NCBI GenBank assembly: GCA_964016885.1 | Contig: OZ024743.1 | Span: 257,982,001 to 258,046,000 of the forward strand | Origin: Eledone cirrhosa | Lineage: Eukaryota | Reading direction: 5' to 3' | DNA: 64,000 nt | Part shown: positions 1 to 11,619 of the stretch, piece by piece | Numbering within the stretch: position 1 is the first letter of the stretch | How the letters are laid out: every line of letters starts with the position of its first letter | Program-made: the position numbers and the translations under genes | Notes under the pieces: generated by a model | The model's input: only the letters and a program-made list of their open reading frames with translations | What the model was told of the DNA's origin: nothing | Databases searched by the model: none

Positions 1-28
1 ACGTTAAAGATGTATGTATACATATATT

Positions 29-212
29 TGTTTCTACTTTAGGCACAAGGCCAGCAATAACCCAGTTCATTACTGGTACTTTATTTTATCGACCCCGTAA
101 GGATGAAAGGCAAAGTCAACCTCGGCGGGATTTGAACTCAGATTGTAAAGGGACGTAACTATGCTGGAAAGCATGGCGTCCTACCCTCTACCGATACTGC
201 CAATCCACCACC
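29..212 (-). mobile_element. tRNA-derived SINE with Meta-like central domain
   Basis: Reverse strand reads B-box GAGTTCAAATCCC, then GACTTTGCCTTTCATCCTTACGGGGTCGATAAAATAAAGTACCAG (Meta-domain-like), then tail GGCCTTGTGCCTAAAGTAGAAAC. The family recurs many times in the window. Confidence 0.8.
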
Positions 213-1477
213 TGTATGTATACATATATTGACTGCTGTTTCTAGTTGTCGATAACCCTATTCACGCCACTGTGACAAAGCTGGTATGATGTGTGTATTT
301 CTAGTAGATACAGCACGTGTTGCTGGCCAGTCGCTGATTTGAACTTGAAGTGTAAACATAGATCGCTGGACTTCTTCCTTGTTGAAAATCCAAGTACCGG
401 CCTCCATGGTTTACCATTCGATTAATTGGTGAAATATATTTCTTTAATGGAATATATACAGGGAAGATTAATCATATTATAAGGTATCTATTTTTGAAGT
501 TCTGGTTAACTTTATTTAGTTACTTACCTAGCTATGTCTGCTTACACACTTGTAAAAATTATCTTCTGTGATTATTCTTGTTTATTTATATGTTAATCAA
601 TTTCTAGTTATTATAAAATGCTCGGACCTATTCGTTAGAATCTTAGAGCTTATTTTGCGGGTGATATGGCGCATGTCTTTCTGGCATGACACCCATAATT
701 TTGATTATCTTAATTTTGGATATAGATATATATGTATATATATATGTATGTATATATATATGTAGAGGACAACACACACTGTCTTTTCGTGGGGTAGGTT
801 TTTAATTAATTTTTGTATTCTGAAACATCAAAATACAACAATTCTTTGGTCACTGGACTCGGGAATGTCACGACAGAAGTTTGTGGAAGTTACACAAATA
901 TTTTAGTATATTTTACCAGAGCAATCCTTATTTATATTTTACATTTTACAATTACTTACATCTCAATATAACATGGCTAAAATTCAAATTTTGCAAATAG
1001 AAGAAAACGGACAAATGAACTAGATACATCTCACTGTCCCCCACCACCACAATAACGTCTACACTCTCTCCCCACCATCACATGTCATTACCCTATCTAG
1101 ACTAAAGTCATCGACCTGTTGTCAAACTCTCTACTCTGTGTTGAATGTGTGTATATATATATATATATATGTATGTATATGTGTGTATATACATCACTCA
1201 GTCAAACGACCAAATTTCAACCCCAACATCTACAACAACAACACCGGCACTAATGTTTACAGCAACAACAGCTTCAGAATGAATTGAAATGAACATTTAC
1301 AACAACAGCAGCGGCTTCAAAAGATAATAAAAAAAAAATCCACAAACAAACAAAATAACTCAAAATAACAAAACACACGCACACAACACAACAACATCAA
1401 CTGCCACCACCACCACCACCACCGCCGCCATCACCATCACCAGCGACCGGGCCTTAAGAAAACAACTTTAATAATAA

Positions 1478-1625
1478 TTTTTCTGCTTTTGGCACGGATC
1501 CAGCGACTGGCCCAGCGCATTACTGGTACTCTCTTTTGTTGACTCCGTGGGGATGAAAGGCAAGGTTGACCTCCGCGGGATTTAAGCTCAGAGCGTGGAG
1601 AGCCATAACTCTATGCTGTAAAGCA
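1478..1625 (-). mobile_element. Meta-like SINE, diverged copy
   Basis: ACTGGTACT...GGATGAAAGGCAAGGTTGACCTCCGCGGGATTTAAGCTCAG matches the copy at 29-212. Confidence 0.7.
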
Positions 1626-1728
1626 ATTATAATAATACTGGACTGTATTACGAACGGCTTCAACTATACAAACTCTTTAAAGTCAACAGTTGACATAATC
1701 TTGTAATCTTGTATCAGTAATGACGGTA

Positions 1729-1764
<36 letters not shown>

Positions 1765-2208
1765 AAGTGAGTAGCGTGTGCGTGTTTGTTTGTATGTATG
1801 AGTGGTGCTGTGTGCGCACGTATGTATGCGTGTGTGCGCGCGCATATGTATGCGCGTGTGTGCATGTCGTACGTATAAATGTCAATAAGTGAGTTTTTTG
1901 GGGTTTTTTGCGCGGGGACATAGAAATAATCAGGCTGGATGCCCGATCGCGCAGTTAAACCACTGGGAGTGAAGAACCCCTAGCCCTTGTCGGCATTCTT
2001 CTAGGAGAAGGCATCTCAGGAAACTGGGTTAACTCTGACATAAAACCTGCGGCTCAGTAGTTACCGATGATGTTGATCTTTTCTTCTTTTCGGGTTATAG
2101 CTACTGTCGATCAGAGAGTGGGATTGGCTCAGTGCACAGTCTTTCCTCACTTTAAAAATATTCGTCACGCACAGACATTGTACGATTGCATTAATAATTA
2201 TTAATAGT

Positions 2209-2237
2209 GTATTATTATTATTATTATTATTATTATT
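2209..2237. repeat. (ATT)n microsatellite at the 5' junction of the Tx1-like element
   Basis: Direct reading of the sequence. Confidence 0.9.
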
Positions 2238-2942
2238 GGCGACCTACGTAGTAAATCGTATCATCGTGAGCTCCGCAAAGGTTTATTATTTCCGTTTGTT
2301 AAAAATTGTCATTTATGGAAAATGTTATTGTTAACTGTTTATAAGCGCACATACATTGTTTTCCGAAAAGGACATCCAAAAAGATTGGGGCCTTGTGCCC
2401 AAAATTTAAACTTTTATTATTATCAAAAAAATTTCTTTGAAAAAAATGGCTAATTCACCTCTGCACGAAGCAGCTGAAAGCCTTCCTCACAAATTAACAC
2501 CTCACACCGACACCACCATTGTAAATGTTACTACGTTTGCCAACACAAAAAAAATATAAGCACTAGCAATATTTTAAATTTGTCTCAGGCAGACATTCAT
2601 TTCCCGCCATTACCAATGACTGCAGGTGTTAAAGCCTCCACCACCACCACCACCGCGACAACCACCACCACCACCACCACCACCGCGACAACAGAAACAA
2701 AAGAAGAAAAAAATAAATTAACTCGTGATGTCGAAATGAAATCAAGCAAAATGGACTCTTCCCCACCAAAGACGACTGACGTCACCACCACCACAACTGA
2801 AACTAAAATTAATATTAACGATAGCAACAACAACAATGACATTATAAAACCCCCCTCAGTTTCGCCAGAGTAGCAAAACAGTTCGAAGCATTTACGGTAA
2901 CTCAGGAGGATTTAGAAAATGCCAAACAAATGGTAAAGAAAG

Positions 2943-4031
2943 ATGGGTACAGGGTCAGCCTCACCCCCACCTAATAAAATGGAGCATCGGCGCCTATGCA
3001 CCGTGTCGTATAGAACAATAAATGTAAAATCGCGCCGAGTGGAACGGGCATCCGAGTCCCAAATCCAAAAAGCTTTGGGACATGTGTGGGCAAGAAAAAC
3101 CCACATCAGACGTGGGCAAAAGTATGGAACCGTGGACGTGTTCTTTGAAACACCAGAGGAGGCTAGAGAACACTCCATGGCCCCATTAAGAAGTGACGAC
3201 TTCACACTCGTCCCAAGCTATTGTGGCCAGAGACTCGTAAAGATCAGGGTGACCCACGTTCCACCGGCCATCGAAATTCCCTGGCTAATAGCGGCTGTCC
3301 TCGCCGGTATCGAAGCCAACACGAAAATAATAGCAATAGCAAAAGAAAAGCAGGAGAACTGGTCCGGATCTGGGATGGAGCTCCTGATCCAAGCGGACCA
3401 AAAAAGCATTGAGGAGATCCCAGAGGTAATAGACCTCACTGACGGCAGCCACCTCACGGTAATTGTCGAGGGCAGAAGACCTAGGTGTGTCGTTTGTGGT
3501 GAAGGAACCCACCTAAGGGCTTTCTGCCCTCAGGCTAAAAGGTTGAGGCCACCTCTCCTACCCACCCCAGTGACACAACCATCAACACCACCAGTAGCAG
3601 AGATGGCAGCAACAGCTGTAGCAGCAACAACAGAAGCAACTATAACAGCAACAACCCCAGAAACAGTAGCAAAACCAACACCACCACCACCACCAGCAAA
3701 ACCAACACCACCACCACCCAACGCTTCAGAACTAGCACCAGCGCCTACACCACCCACCACGCCACAACCAAAACTAACGGCTGTGGAGGATTTTCCACTC
3801 CCCGGCCTATCACAACTGGAGACAGATTGTGACGACGAGGAGTGGGAAACGATATCCGGAAAAAAAAAAGCAACCAAAAAAGAAAAAATTCTCTTCCTTC
3901 CCCCTCCAAAAACAAAATACAGAGGGAAACAAATAAATTATCAAACAAAAAAGTTAGGACAGATATGCCACCATCCACACCAGCATCACCAACCCCATCA
4001 ACCCAAACACCAACACCATCACCATCATTAA
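2943..4031 (+). pseudogene. Tx1-like ORF1 (gag-like), disrupted
   Basis: VEGRRPRCVVCGEGTHLRAFCP is a CX2CX4HX4C knuckle after an RRM-like region, followed by a Pro/Thr-rich linker. The N-terminal part (about 2447-2940) has stops. The C-terminus appears to continue in another frame (3842-4339) after a shift in the poly-A run near 3860. Confidence 0.75.
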
Positions 4032-4449
4032 CCCCAACACCACAAAAGTCACCAAAATGCGAAACAGAAACAAACCCACAACAAACGCAAACAAAACAAA
4101 ACAACCAAAACGATACACACTACACAGCATTAAATTTGAACAACAAGCAATTATTACACTACATCCAACACAACACCAGCATCACAGAAAAAGACTACAC
4201 AACAACCCCAAAATTCACACCACCCCCACACATACAAATCACTCGCATCACACAGAAAACGTACATGACACTCACTAAAACAAAAATTCCCCAAAGACAT
4301 CGGAGACTTCTGACAAGCACTCTCCAGGAGGATTTATAAGGACATCCTTCCTGAGGAGGCCACAAGCAGTGAAAAGGATGGAAAAACCGTCCTTCCCCTA
4401 CGAGAAGTAAGGTAAGTGGTCTTTCCCATCTTTTCCACTCCTTTTCAAC

Positions 4450-7400
4450 ATGACCTCACTCAGAATAGGCAGCATAAATGCGCGTGGCTTGGGGTCGTCA
4501 TGGAGGCAGGGCCACCTGCTCAACGACCTCAGGTCACTAAACATAGATGTAGTGGCCATCAGCGAGACCAGAATCTCCGAAGCACAGGCTTTCGCACCGA
4601 TCTTCGCCGGCTACGATGTGTACGCATCTCCCAGCCGTCCGGGATCGGGGGGAGGAGTTGCTGTGCTTTTTCGGAGAGGTTTGGATCTTGCCATACGGGC
4701 CATCTTCCTGGACCCAGAAGGTAAGTTGGTTGTGCTGGACGTGACCAGCGCAGACGGCCAAGCTTTCAGGTTAGTAGCCGTCTATGCCCCGACAGGAGCA
4801 GGGCGGCCTGATTTCTTCCGGCGTCTGGAGACCTTTCTTGGAACGTCCCGCTCTTTAGTGTTAGTGGGCTACTGGAACGGGATCTTAGATGCACGCTGGG
4901 ATTGTGTGGGATTAGTGGATAGGGAAGGAGGGTGCAAGAGTCTCACCAACCTGCTCAGACGTTTTGAACTGTCTGACAGGTACCGAATGGATTTCCCGAA
5001 TGTACCAATGTGGACTTGGACAAATCGCATAGGGTCATCCAGATCATATCTAGATAGAGTATTTTGTAGGGAAATAGATAGGTCTAGCATAGGCTGTCCA
5101 CAATTCAAGATAGTCAGCTACACGGACCACAAATTCGTGATCTGTGTGCTTGACTTAGATAGGCTTCATAGACGAGGACCCGGCTACTGGAAGCTAAACG
5201 CGTCCTTACCAGCGCGCAAGGCCTACAGAGACCGGATTAGCGAACTAGTTAAGCGGGCGTTGACGGGGGCCATCTTCAACAACAAGTGGTGGTTTGCTCT
5301 GAAAAGAGCAATTAGAATAGAGTCCATTAGGTTTAGTAAGACTTTAGCAATAGAGAAAAATAGAGCAGAGGGAGAATTAGTTAGAAAATTAGATGAGGCG
5401 CTTAGCAAAGGCATCGCGACCGACGTACTTGCGGCGAAATTGGCCCTTGACCAATTCTTCAATGCAAAGCACGAAGGCTGCGTTGTCAGAGCTAGGGTGC
5501 GTGCTCTCAGACACGAGGGGACGAAAGCCGTTCAATGGGCCCGAGTGGCGGAGGCGCGTCGTGGCAACAAAGCCACGATCCGGTATTTGGTGGACCACGA
5601 CGGGCGCATGCTACTCGATCCCGGGCAAATGTGTGAAGCTTTTCAGCGACACTTCGCTCAACTGTTCGGGGGCAGTGGCGGGCCGGATCGAGGGATGGAC
5701 TTTAGTGTCTACCTCGACGGACTGCCGCGGCTTTCGGCCACTGAGGCAGAGTGTTGCGAAAAGCCGATAACAACCGCTGAAGTACGGGATGCAATGACTA
5801 GTTGCACAAGGGGTAAATCGCCTGGTTTAGATGGTCTGCCCTATGAACTTTACGTACAAATGCCAAACTTGTTCGGAGGCCTCTTGGCGGACGTCTACTG
5901 CAACTGGCAACAGAACGGGAGAATTCCCAGCTCTGTGAGCCGAGGAGCGGTGGCGCTGCTGAGAAAGGATCCGAACAAGGGGGATAACATAGATAATTTT
6001 AGGTCCATAACTCTGCTAAACACAGAGTTCAAGATTTTGGCCAAGGTGCTAGCAAAGAGGTTGGCGCTTGTCGTTGGTGGTCTGGTGGGAGAGGCACAGA
6101 CATGCGCCATTCCCGACAGATCCATCCCCGACAACCTCCACCTCATGCGATACATCGTAAAGAGGGTAGCTAGGGAACCTGGCACGGGTGGGTCTTTGAT
6201 CAATTTAGATCAGTCGAAAGCCTTCGATAGGGTCGACCATCGTTACCTAGCGGCAGTCCTGAGGGCGGCTGGCTTTGGGCCCGTCTTCAGAGGCTGGATC
6301 GCTGCCATGCACAGCGACATCTGCTCTGTAGTGAGAGTGAACGGTCACCTTTCGGAACCGTTCAACATCATGCGCTCGGTCCGCCAAGGATGTCCCCTCT
6401 CGTCCCTATTGTACGTATTGACTCTCGAGCCATTACTGCACAAACTGGAGACGTTGAGGGGGGTCCCGCGCGAACTAGGATGCGGAAGATCCGTGTCAGC
6501 ATATGCCGACGATGTCACCGTAGTGGTGTCGAGCGCCAAACACATCGAGGCGATCGGCACTACACTAAGAGAATACGAAGCGGTGACAGGAGCAATGATC
6601 AACCAGGAAAAGTCAGTGGGCCTGCAGCTCGGCACCTGGAGAGGCAGGTCCATGCCGTCCAACAGCGTCGTCGGGCGCTGGACGGACGGACCGGTTAAAT
6701 TGCTAGGGGTCTGGTTCGGTCCAGACCTCCAGACGGACAAAAACTGGGACGAGGTGACGAGCAGGGTGGCTTCTCTCACCCAGAAACGGGCCGAGAGGAA
6801 GCTATCCCTGAAAGGTCGAGCGGAGGTGGCGAATGCGTACATCGCATCCGTCATCTACTACCGCCTGACCGTCGTACCTTGTCCTAAGCCCCGCCTGACT
6901 GCGCTGGAGCGTTTGCTCTTTCGCTTCTTGTGGAAGGGACGCGCTCCGATGGTCAGGCGGTCCATCTGCTGTCAACACCCGCTACGTGGAGGGCTGGGCA
7001 TGCCGTGGCTGATGATGCGCAGACACGCGCTCAGGCTACGACATCTCCACCTCTTCCTCGACGGTGATCAGGTTTGGTCGCCGTTTGCTAGACACGTTTT
7101 TCCCCAGCTCGTCTCCTTGACGGAGCTGCAGTCCTGGGTCAAGCGAAGACCGAGAGGGAGCGCTTGGAGACTGGAATGTCTTCAGGCGCTCACAGCCCTC
7201 GACCAATCGGGCAATGTGATCGGTGGAAACTCCACCTTGGCGTTCTATAGAGGATTAGTGGAGGGGAAGAGCGACGACGTACTTGGAGAAACTCTAGGCG
7301 TCGACGAAAATCAACTAGCCAATCTCTTCGGAAGGACTTTCGGGCCGGGGCCTATGGACAACTTCCAGAAATCCCTGGCCTGGCAGTGCTACCGAGGAGC

Positions 7401-7869
7401 TTTGCCAGTTCGGGATAAACTCTACAGGCATGGAGGTGCCGTCAGCCGGGCATGTCCGAGATGCGCGCAGGGCGACGAAACCGTCCTGCACGCACTCGTC
7501 CAGTGTCCGAGCATTGCTGACTTGTGGGTTTATGTCGAACACCTGCTGTCACGTATAGGACGGATCCAGCTATCGGCTGAGTCCATCGTGAGGATTGCCC
7601 CACCCCCTTCCTTTAGCCGGGAAGGGCAGGCAGTTTTTATCTGTCTGGTGGCCATGGCGAAAGAGATAGTATGGTGGACACGTTTGAAAGGGCTGAAGAC
7701 GAGCACTTACCTCTTCGGTGATGTCCTGATCAACTTTTTCAAATTTCATCTGAAAAGGAAAATCAGGGTAGAGAGGGAAGTGCTCTCTTCCCAGCATTTT
7801 GTTGAAAGATCGGTGAGAGAAGCAAGTATGGCCCGAATGAATGGGCCTTCTCTGAGTATGTGTCTGTAA
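4450..7869 (+). CDS. Tx1/L1-clade ORF2: APE endonuclease, reverse transcriptase and C-terminal CCHC finger (1139 aa)
   Basis: Motifs SINARGL, ISETR, VYAP, TDH, GYWKLN, KSPGLDGLP, LDQSKAFDRVDH, QGCPLS, AYADD and CPRC...ETVLHALVQC. Confidence 0.93.
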   Translation: MTSLRIGSINARGLGSSWRQGHLLNDLRSLNIDVVAISETRISEAQAFAPIFAGYDVYASPSRPGSGGGVAVLFRRGLDLAIRAIFLDPEGKLVVLDVTSADGQAFRLVAVYAPTGAGRPDFFRRLETFLGTSRSLVLVGYWNGILDARWDCVGLVDREGGCKSLTNLLRRFELSDRYRMDFPNVPMWTWTNRIGSSRSYLDRVFCREIDRSSIGCPQFKIVSYTDHKFVICVLDLDRLHRRGPGYWKLNASLPARKAYRDRISELVKRALTGAIFNNKWWFALKRAIRIESIRFSKTLAIEKNRAEGELVRKLDEALSKGIATDVLAAKLALDQFFNAKHEGCVVRARVRALRHEGTKAVQWARVAEARRGNKATIRYLVDHDGRMLLDPGQMCEAFQRHFAQLFGGSGGPDRGMDFSVYLDGLPRLSATEAECCEKPITTAEVRDAMTSCTRGKSPGLDGLPYELYVQMPNLFGGLLADVYCNWQQNGRIPSSVSRGAVALLRKDPNKGDNIDNFRSITLLNTEFKILAKVLAKRLALVVGGLVGEAQTCAIPDRSIPDNLHLMRYIVKRVAREPGTGGSLINLDQSKAFDRVDHRYLAAVLRAAGFGPVFRGWIAAMHSDICSVVRVNGHLSEPFNIMRSVRQGCPLSSLLYVLTLEPLLHKLETLRGVPRELGCGRSVSAYADDVTVVVSSAKHIEAIGTTLREYEAVTGAMINQEKSVGLQLGTWRGRSMPSNSVVGRWTDGPVKLLGVWFGPDLQTDKNWDEVTSRVASLTQKRAERKLSLKGRAEVANAYIASVIYYRLTVVPCPKPRLTALERLLFRFLWKGRAPMVRRSICCQHPLRGGLGMPWLMMRRHALRLRHLHLFLDGDQVWSPFARHVFPQLVSLTELQSWVKRRPRGSAWRLECLQALTALDQSGNVIGGNSTLAFYRGLVEGKSDDVLGETLGVDENQLANLFGRTFGPGPMDNFQKSLAWQCYRGALPVRDKLYRHGGAVSRACPRCAQGDETVLHALVQCPSIADLWVYVEHLLSRIGRIQLSAESIVRIAPPPSFSREGQAVFICLVAMAKEIVWWTRLKGLKTSTYLFGDVLINFFKFHLKRKIRVEREVLSSQHFVERSVREASMARMNGPSLSMCL

Positions 7870-8112
7870 ATTAAAGGTGGAAACCTGGGAGAGGGCACTT
7901 GCCCTGGTGGTCAGGGCCTCTGTGGTCTTTTAATGGGCTTTCTCCACAAATGTCCCTCGGAAGTCTCCCCCCTATTGGGGAATTTTTCTTTGTTATTTTA
8001 TTTCATCCTCTGTTTTTTTTACACGCAGAAATGCCCATTTGTACCGTCCTGTATTGTCCTGTACTGTCCTTAATGTCTACTTTATGTAAACCCTTGTGGT
8101 TAATAAAGAAAA

Positions 8113-8113
<1 letters not shown>

Positions 8114-8146
<33 letters not shown>

Positions 8147-8152
8147 GTTATT
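8114..8152. repeat. (ATT)n array shared by the Tx1 3' end and the Dong 3' tail
   Basis: Direct reading. The two elements meet tail to tail here. Confidence 0.9.
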
Positions 8153-8226
8153 CCTTGAATCTCAGTCATTGATGTTGGTTAACTGGAAAGTCCGTTGGAT
8201 TGAATATCAAGCCACTACCTGCAGCC

Positions 8227-11200
8227 TCAGATATTCAGGACGTATCGGAGGGTTCTTGCCGTTCCAAGCAAGCATGCCTTTTGAAGCGTTCCAAAAAGCG
8301 TGAAGGGGCCGATTTTCTTTAACCATCCCTGGAAACCTTTGGAGATAGTCCCCAGTGCGCCTATGACAATCGGGATCACTTTGACTTCATGGCAGTTCCA
8401 AATCCTTTTCACCTCCCACTTTAGGTCCTGGTATCGGTTAATTTTCTCCCTCTCCTTCTCTTGCACTCTCGTGTCGAACGGGCAGGCCACATCCACAATC
8501 AGGCACGATCTTTTTTCTTTGTCCACAACCACCAGGTCAGGTCTATTGTGTTCCAGTTTTTTGTCCGTCTGTATCCTAAAATCCCACAGCACCTTCACCT
8601 GACTGTTCTCCATCACCGCCTCTGGCCTATGCTCATACCATTTCTCAGAATGTGGTAGATTGTTTACTTTGCACAGGTGCCAGTGGATCACCCTGCCCAT
8701 CACATCGTGTCTCCAGCCCTTATAGTGGGTCTGGGCTAGGTGTTTACACTCGGACACAATGTGAGCCACAGTCTCCTCTCTCTCTCCACAGATCCTGCAC
8801 AGTGGGCTAGCCTCCTCCTTGTAGATATGGTGCTTCAACCACTTCGTTTTGAGGGCCTGCTCCTGCGCAGCCATTAGCATTCCTTCTGTAGCCTTTTTGA
8901 GGTCTCCTCTTCTCAACCAGTTCCATGTCTGTGGATCTCTAAATTCAGTTTTCTTAAAGAAGGTACTATGAAGGGATTTTCCCTTAAGGCTGCTCTTCCT
9001 CCTTGATGTTATTTCCTCCTTGGGTATCCCCTGGCCTACTGTCCCCTCCTTCAGTACAGCTCTGAGCATTGGCTCCTTACTATAGGTCACGTATTTGTAT
9101 AGGTTGTTTTTCTCCATCTGAACACAGTCCTCTATGCTGATAAGACCTCTTCCACCCTCAGATCTCCTTAGGTAGAGTCTATCGACATCACTCCTCTTGT
9201 GGAACATGTTGTAGATAGTCAATAGCTTCCTAGTCTTCCTATCCATTTCTTTTTGTTCAGCAACATTCCATCTCAGAATTCCCGCACTGTACCTAATAAT
9301 AGACACAGCTCGGGAATTTACTGCGCTTATGGCATTTCTGCTGTTCAGATGTGACTTCAATACGCTCCTTACTCTCCGAATGTATTCAGTTCTTAACAAT
9401 TCCTTCATTTTTTTGTTCTTTATGCCATCAGCCTCCAGAACGCCCAAATACTTGTATCCTTCCTCAGAGTCAATTTCCTTTATCATCTCACCTGTTGGTA
9501 TCTGGATCCCGTTACTTCTGCTCAACCTACCCCTCCTCATCACAATGACTCCACATTTACCAATACCAAACTGCATACATATATCACTGCTGAAAATACG
9601 GACAGTGTCAACAAGCACATCCAACTCCTTCTCACTTTTCCCGAAGAGCTTAAGATCGTCCATGAAGAGGAGGTGATTGATGGTAAGCTCTCCCCTTCCC
9701 AACTTGTATCCTGCTCTCACTTTTCGCAGCATAATGGTCAAGGGCATCAGGGCAAGGACAAACAACAGAGGGGACAGGCTATCTCCCTGGAAGATACCTC
9801 TCTTGATCTTCACGCTTCCCAAGGATACTCCAGTTGATGTCAACTCTGTCTCCCAGGACCCCATACTCCTGCCCAGCAACTGTCTGATGTTATCTGCCAC
9901 CCTGAAGATCTCCAGGCTTTTGGTGATCCAGGAATGAGGCACCATGTCAAATGCCTTTCTGTAGTCTATCCATCCCATGGCAAGATCAGTGTGTCTCCTC
10001 CTGCAATTCCCCATTACCATCTTATCAATAAGCAACTGGTCCTTTGTACCACGTGACTTCTTTCGGCATCCTTTCTGTTCGTCCGGCAACAAGTTGTTTG
10101 TGTGGAGGTGATGGTAGATTTCCTCAGACACAATGCTCGTCAACAGTTTCCACATTACGGGCAGACATGTGATAGGTCTATAGTTGGTAACATCATTACC
10201 CTTGATTCGGTCTTTCATTATCAGAACTGTGGTACCTTTTGTCAACCACTCTGGCACCTCACCCGACACCAAGCAGTCATTGAACATGGCCGTCAGCTTC
10301 GGGTGGAGGGATGTTAAATGTTTAATCCAATACCCCTGCACACCATCTGGGCCTGGTGATTTCCAGTTGGTTAGTTTTTTGGCTTGCCCCTTAAGAGTTT
10401 CAACTGTGATACTCAAATCAGTCTGTTGCCGTGCCTGCTCACCGATCTCCCTCTGTACTGTCTCAATCCACCCTGCCTGGGCATTGTGTCTAACATCCTG
10501 CTCCCATATTCCTCTCCAGAATGTTTTAGCTTGTTCCGCCCCAGGGATCAAGTCGTTGCCTCTTTCTTTCCCCTCAAGCTGTCCAAACAGCATCTTCTGG
10601 TTGTTGTCGAACATGCGGTTCTGTTTATACTGACTGACTCTGTTCTCGTATCGCCTGATTTTGGCACTCTTTGCTACAATGCGTTGCTTCAATTCCTCTA
10701 TGATAATATTTAGCTTTTTACTCCTAGTTTTGTATTTTATTTCCAGTCTATTTTTAGTGCCTATGTTTTTTAGTGTCCCATTCAGTAGTGACTCAAGCTT
10801 TCCTATGTCATTTCTCATTTCCCCGATTTGCCCACTCAGTCGCTTCTTCCACCACGGCTCTGCTCTTTCTTGTCTGTTGTTTCCTCTCGCTTTTATACCA
10901 AGTAGTTTCCTCACCGTATTTGCTGTTGCTTTGAGGATATTGTTGCACTGGTGAAGACTCCTCGCCTCAAGGTATGGGATGACTTTGTTTACCTTAGCTG
11001 TTGTTTCTTTTAACTTTTTCCTGTCTACAAATCTTAGGTTCATAGGTCTCCCACTATCATTGTTCAACTCATCTACCACTAAATTTAGGATGTCAACCGA
11101 ATCTTGTCCTAGCCCGTCAGCATTCATCTCCTCAGTGGCCGTTTCTCTGTTCCAGGTATTATTTATCTCAGTATTCAGATCATTGTCTGCTTCGGGTGGT

Positions 11201-11619
11201 TCCTCCGTTCTCAGGACCTCCTCACCTTCATTTCCCGCCGGCTCGCTTGTCTGGCATACTACACCCGCCATCTCCAAGCCATTCTCTCTGCTCAGTTCCT
11301 CCAGTTCCAGCTCGCTTATCCACCCATTAGTTCTTATTACCCGAGCCTGCCCGGCCAATTTTTGTTCATCTAATTTAAATAAACCAATCTCGTTCCAGAT
11401 GTTATGCATCCGTCTCCTGTAGCCCCTCTCCTTGGGGTTACTTTTCAGGTAGCATTGCATAACAGTTCTATTCAATTCTTTCGTCCAGTTGGTTCTGGCC
11501 CCTTTCCTTCTTCTTCTTCCCCCAACATCAGCAGTATTTGGTTGACAGTCAGGTTCCTGCTGCTGAGCCAGGGGGCACCTGTTGGGTGAGAGTCTGTCAC
11601 ATGACGTTCTAGTCTCCAT
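8227..11619 (-). CDS. R4/Dong-clade single ORF: RT, CCHC finger and restriction-like endonuclease (1130 aa, uninterrupted)
   Basis: Motifs NYRPITCLP, WIDYRKAFD, GIFQGDSLSPLLF, LFMDD, CRICGEREETVAHIVSEC, RHD, HNRPDLVVVD..IVDVACP..EKINRY. The 3' UTR (8153-8226) runs into (TAA)n, the established Dong target. Confidence 0.93.
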   Translation of the reverse strand: METRTSCDRLSPNRCPLAQQQEPDCQPNTADVGGRRRRKGARTNWTKELNRTVMQCYLKSNPKERGYRRRMHNIWNEIGLFKLDEQKLAGQARVIRTNGWISELELEELSRENGLEMAGVVCQTSEPAGNEGEEVLRTEEPPEADNDLNTEINNTWNRETATEEMNADGLGQDSVDILNLVVDELNNDSGRPMNLRFVDRKKLKETTAKVNKVIPYLEARSLHQCNNILKATANTVRKLLGIKARGNNRQERAEPWWKKRLSGQIGEMRNDIGKLESLLNGTLKNIGTKNRLEIKYKTRSKKLNIIIEELKQRIVAKSAKIRRYENRVSQYKQNRMFDNNQKMLFGQLEGKERGNDLIPGAEQAKTFWRGIWEQDVRHNAQAGWIETVQREIGEQARQQTDLSITVETLKGQAKKLTNWKSPGPDGVQGYWIKHLTSLHPKLTAMFNDCLVSGEVPEWLTKGTTVLIMKDRIKGNDVTNYRPITCLPVMWKLLTSIVSEEIYHHLHTNNLLPDEQKGCRKKSRGTKDQLLIDKMVMGNCRRRHTDLAMGWIDYRKAFDMVPHSWITKSLEIFRVADNIRQLLGRSMGSWETELTSTGVSLGSVKIKRGIFQGDSLSPLLFVLALMPLTIMLRKVRAGYKLGRGELTINHLLFMDDLKLFGKSEKELDVLVDTVRIFSSDICMQFGIGKCGVIVMRRGRLSRSNGIQIPTGEMIKEIDSEEGYKYLGVLEADGIKNKKMKELLRTEYIRRVRSVLKSHLNSRNAISAVNSRAVSIIRYSAGILRWNVAEQKEMDRKTRKLLTIYNMFHKRSDVDRLYLRRSEGGRGLISIEDCVQMEKNNLYKYVTYSKEPMLRAVLKEGTVGQGIPKEEITSRRKSSLKGKSLHSTFFKKTEFRDPQTWNWLRRGDLKKATEGMLMAAQEQALKTKWLKHHIYKEEASPLCRICGEREETVAHIVSECKHLAQTHYKGWRHDVMGRVIHWHLCKVNNLPHSEKWYEHRPEAVMENSQVKVLWDFRIQTDKKLEHNRPDLVVVDKEKRSCLIVDVACPFDTRVQEKEREKINRYQDLKWEVKRIWNCHEVKVIPIVIGALGTISKGFQGWLKKIGPFTLFGTLQKACLLGTARTLRYVLNI

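Larger units (their letters stand above)
2238..8113 (+). mobile_element. Near full-length Tx1/L1-clade non-LTR retrotransposon
   Basis: 5' leader, ORF1 with a CCHC knuckle, ORF2 with APE-RT-zinc finger, and a 3' end AATAAAGAAAA. (ATT)n flanks both sides. Confidence 0.88.

Noticed and set aside
1935-2190. Possible HDV-like ribozyme or RTE-type 5' leader (CTAGGAGAAGG..ACTCTGA..TCAGAGAGTGG)
   Set aside because: A P1-like pairing is visible, but I could not build P2, P3 and P1.1 convincingly. It is probably an interspersed repeat of uncertain class.
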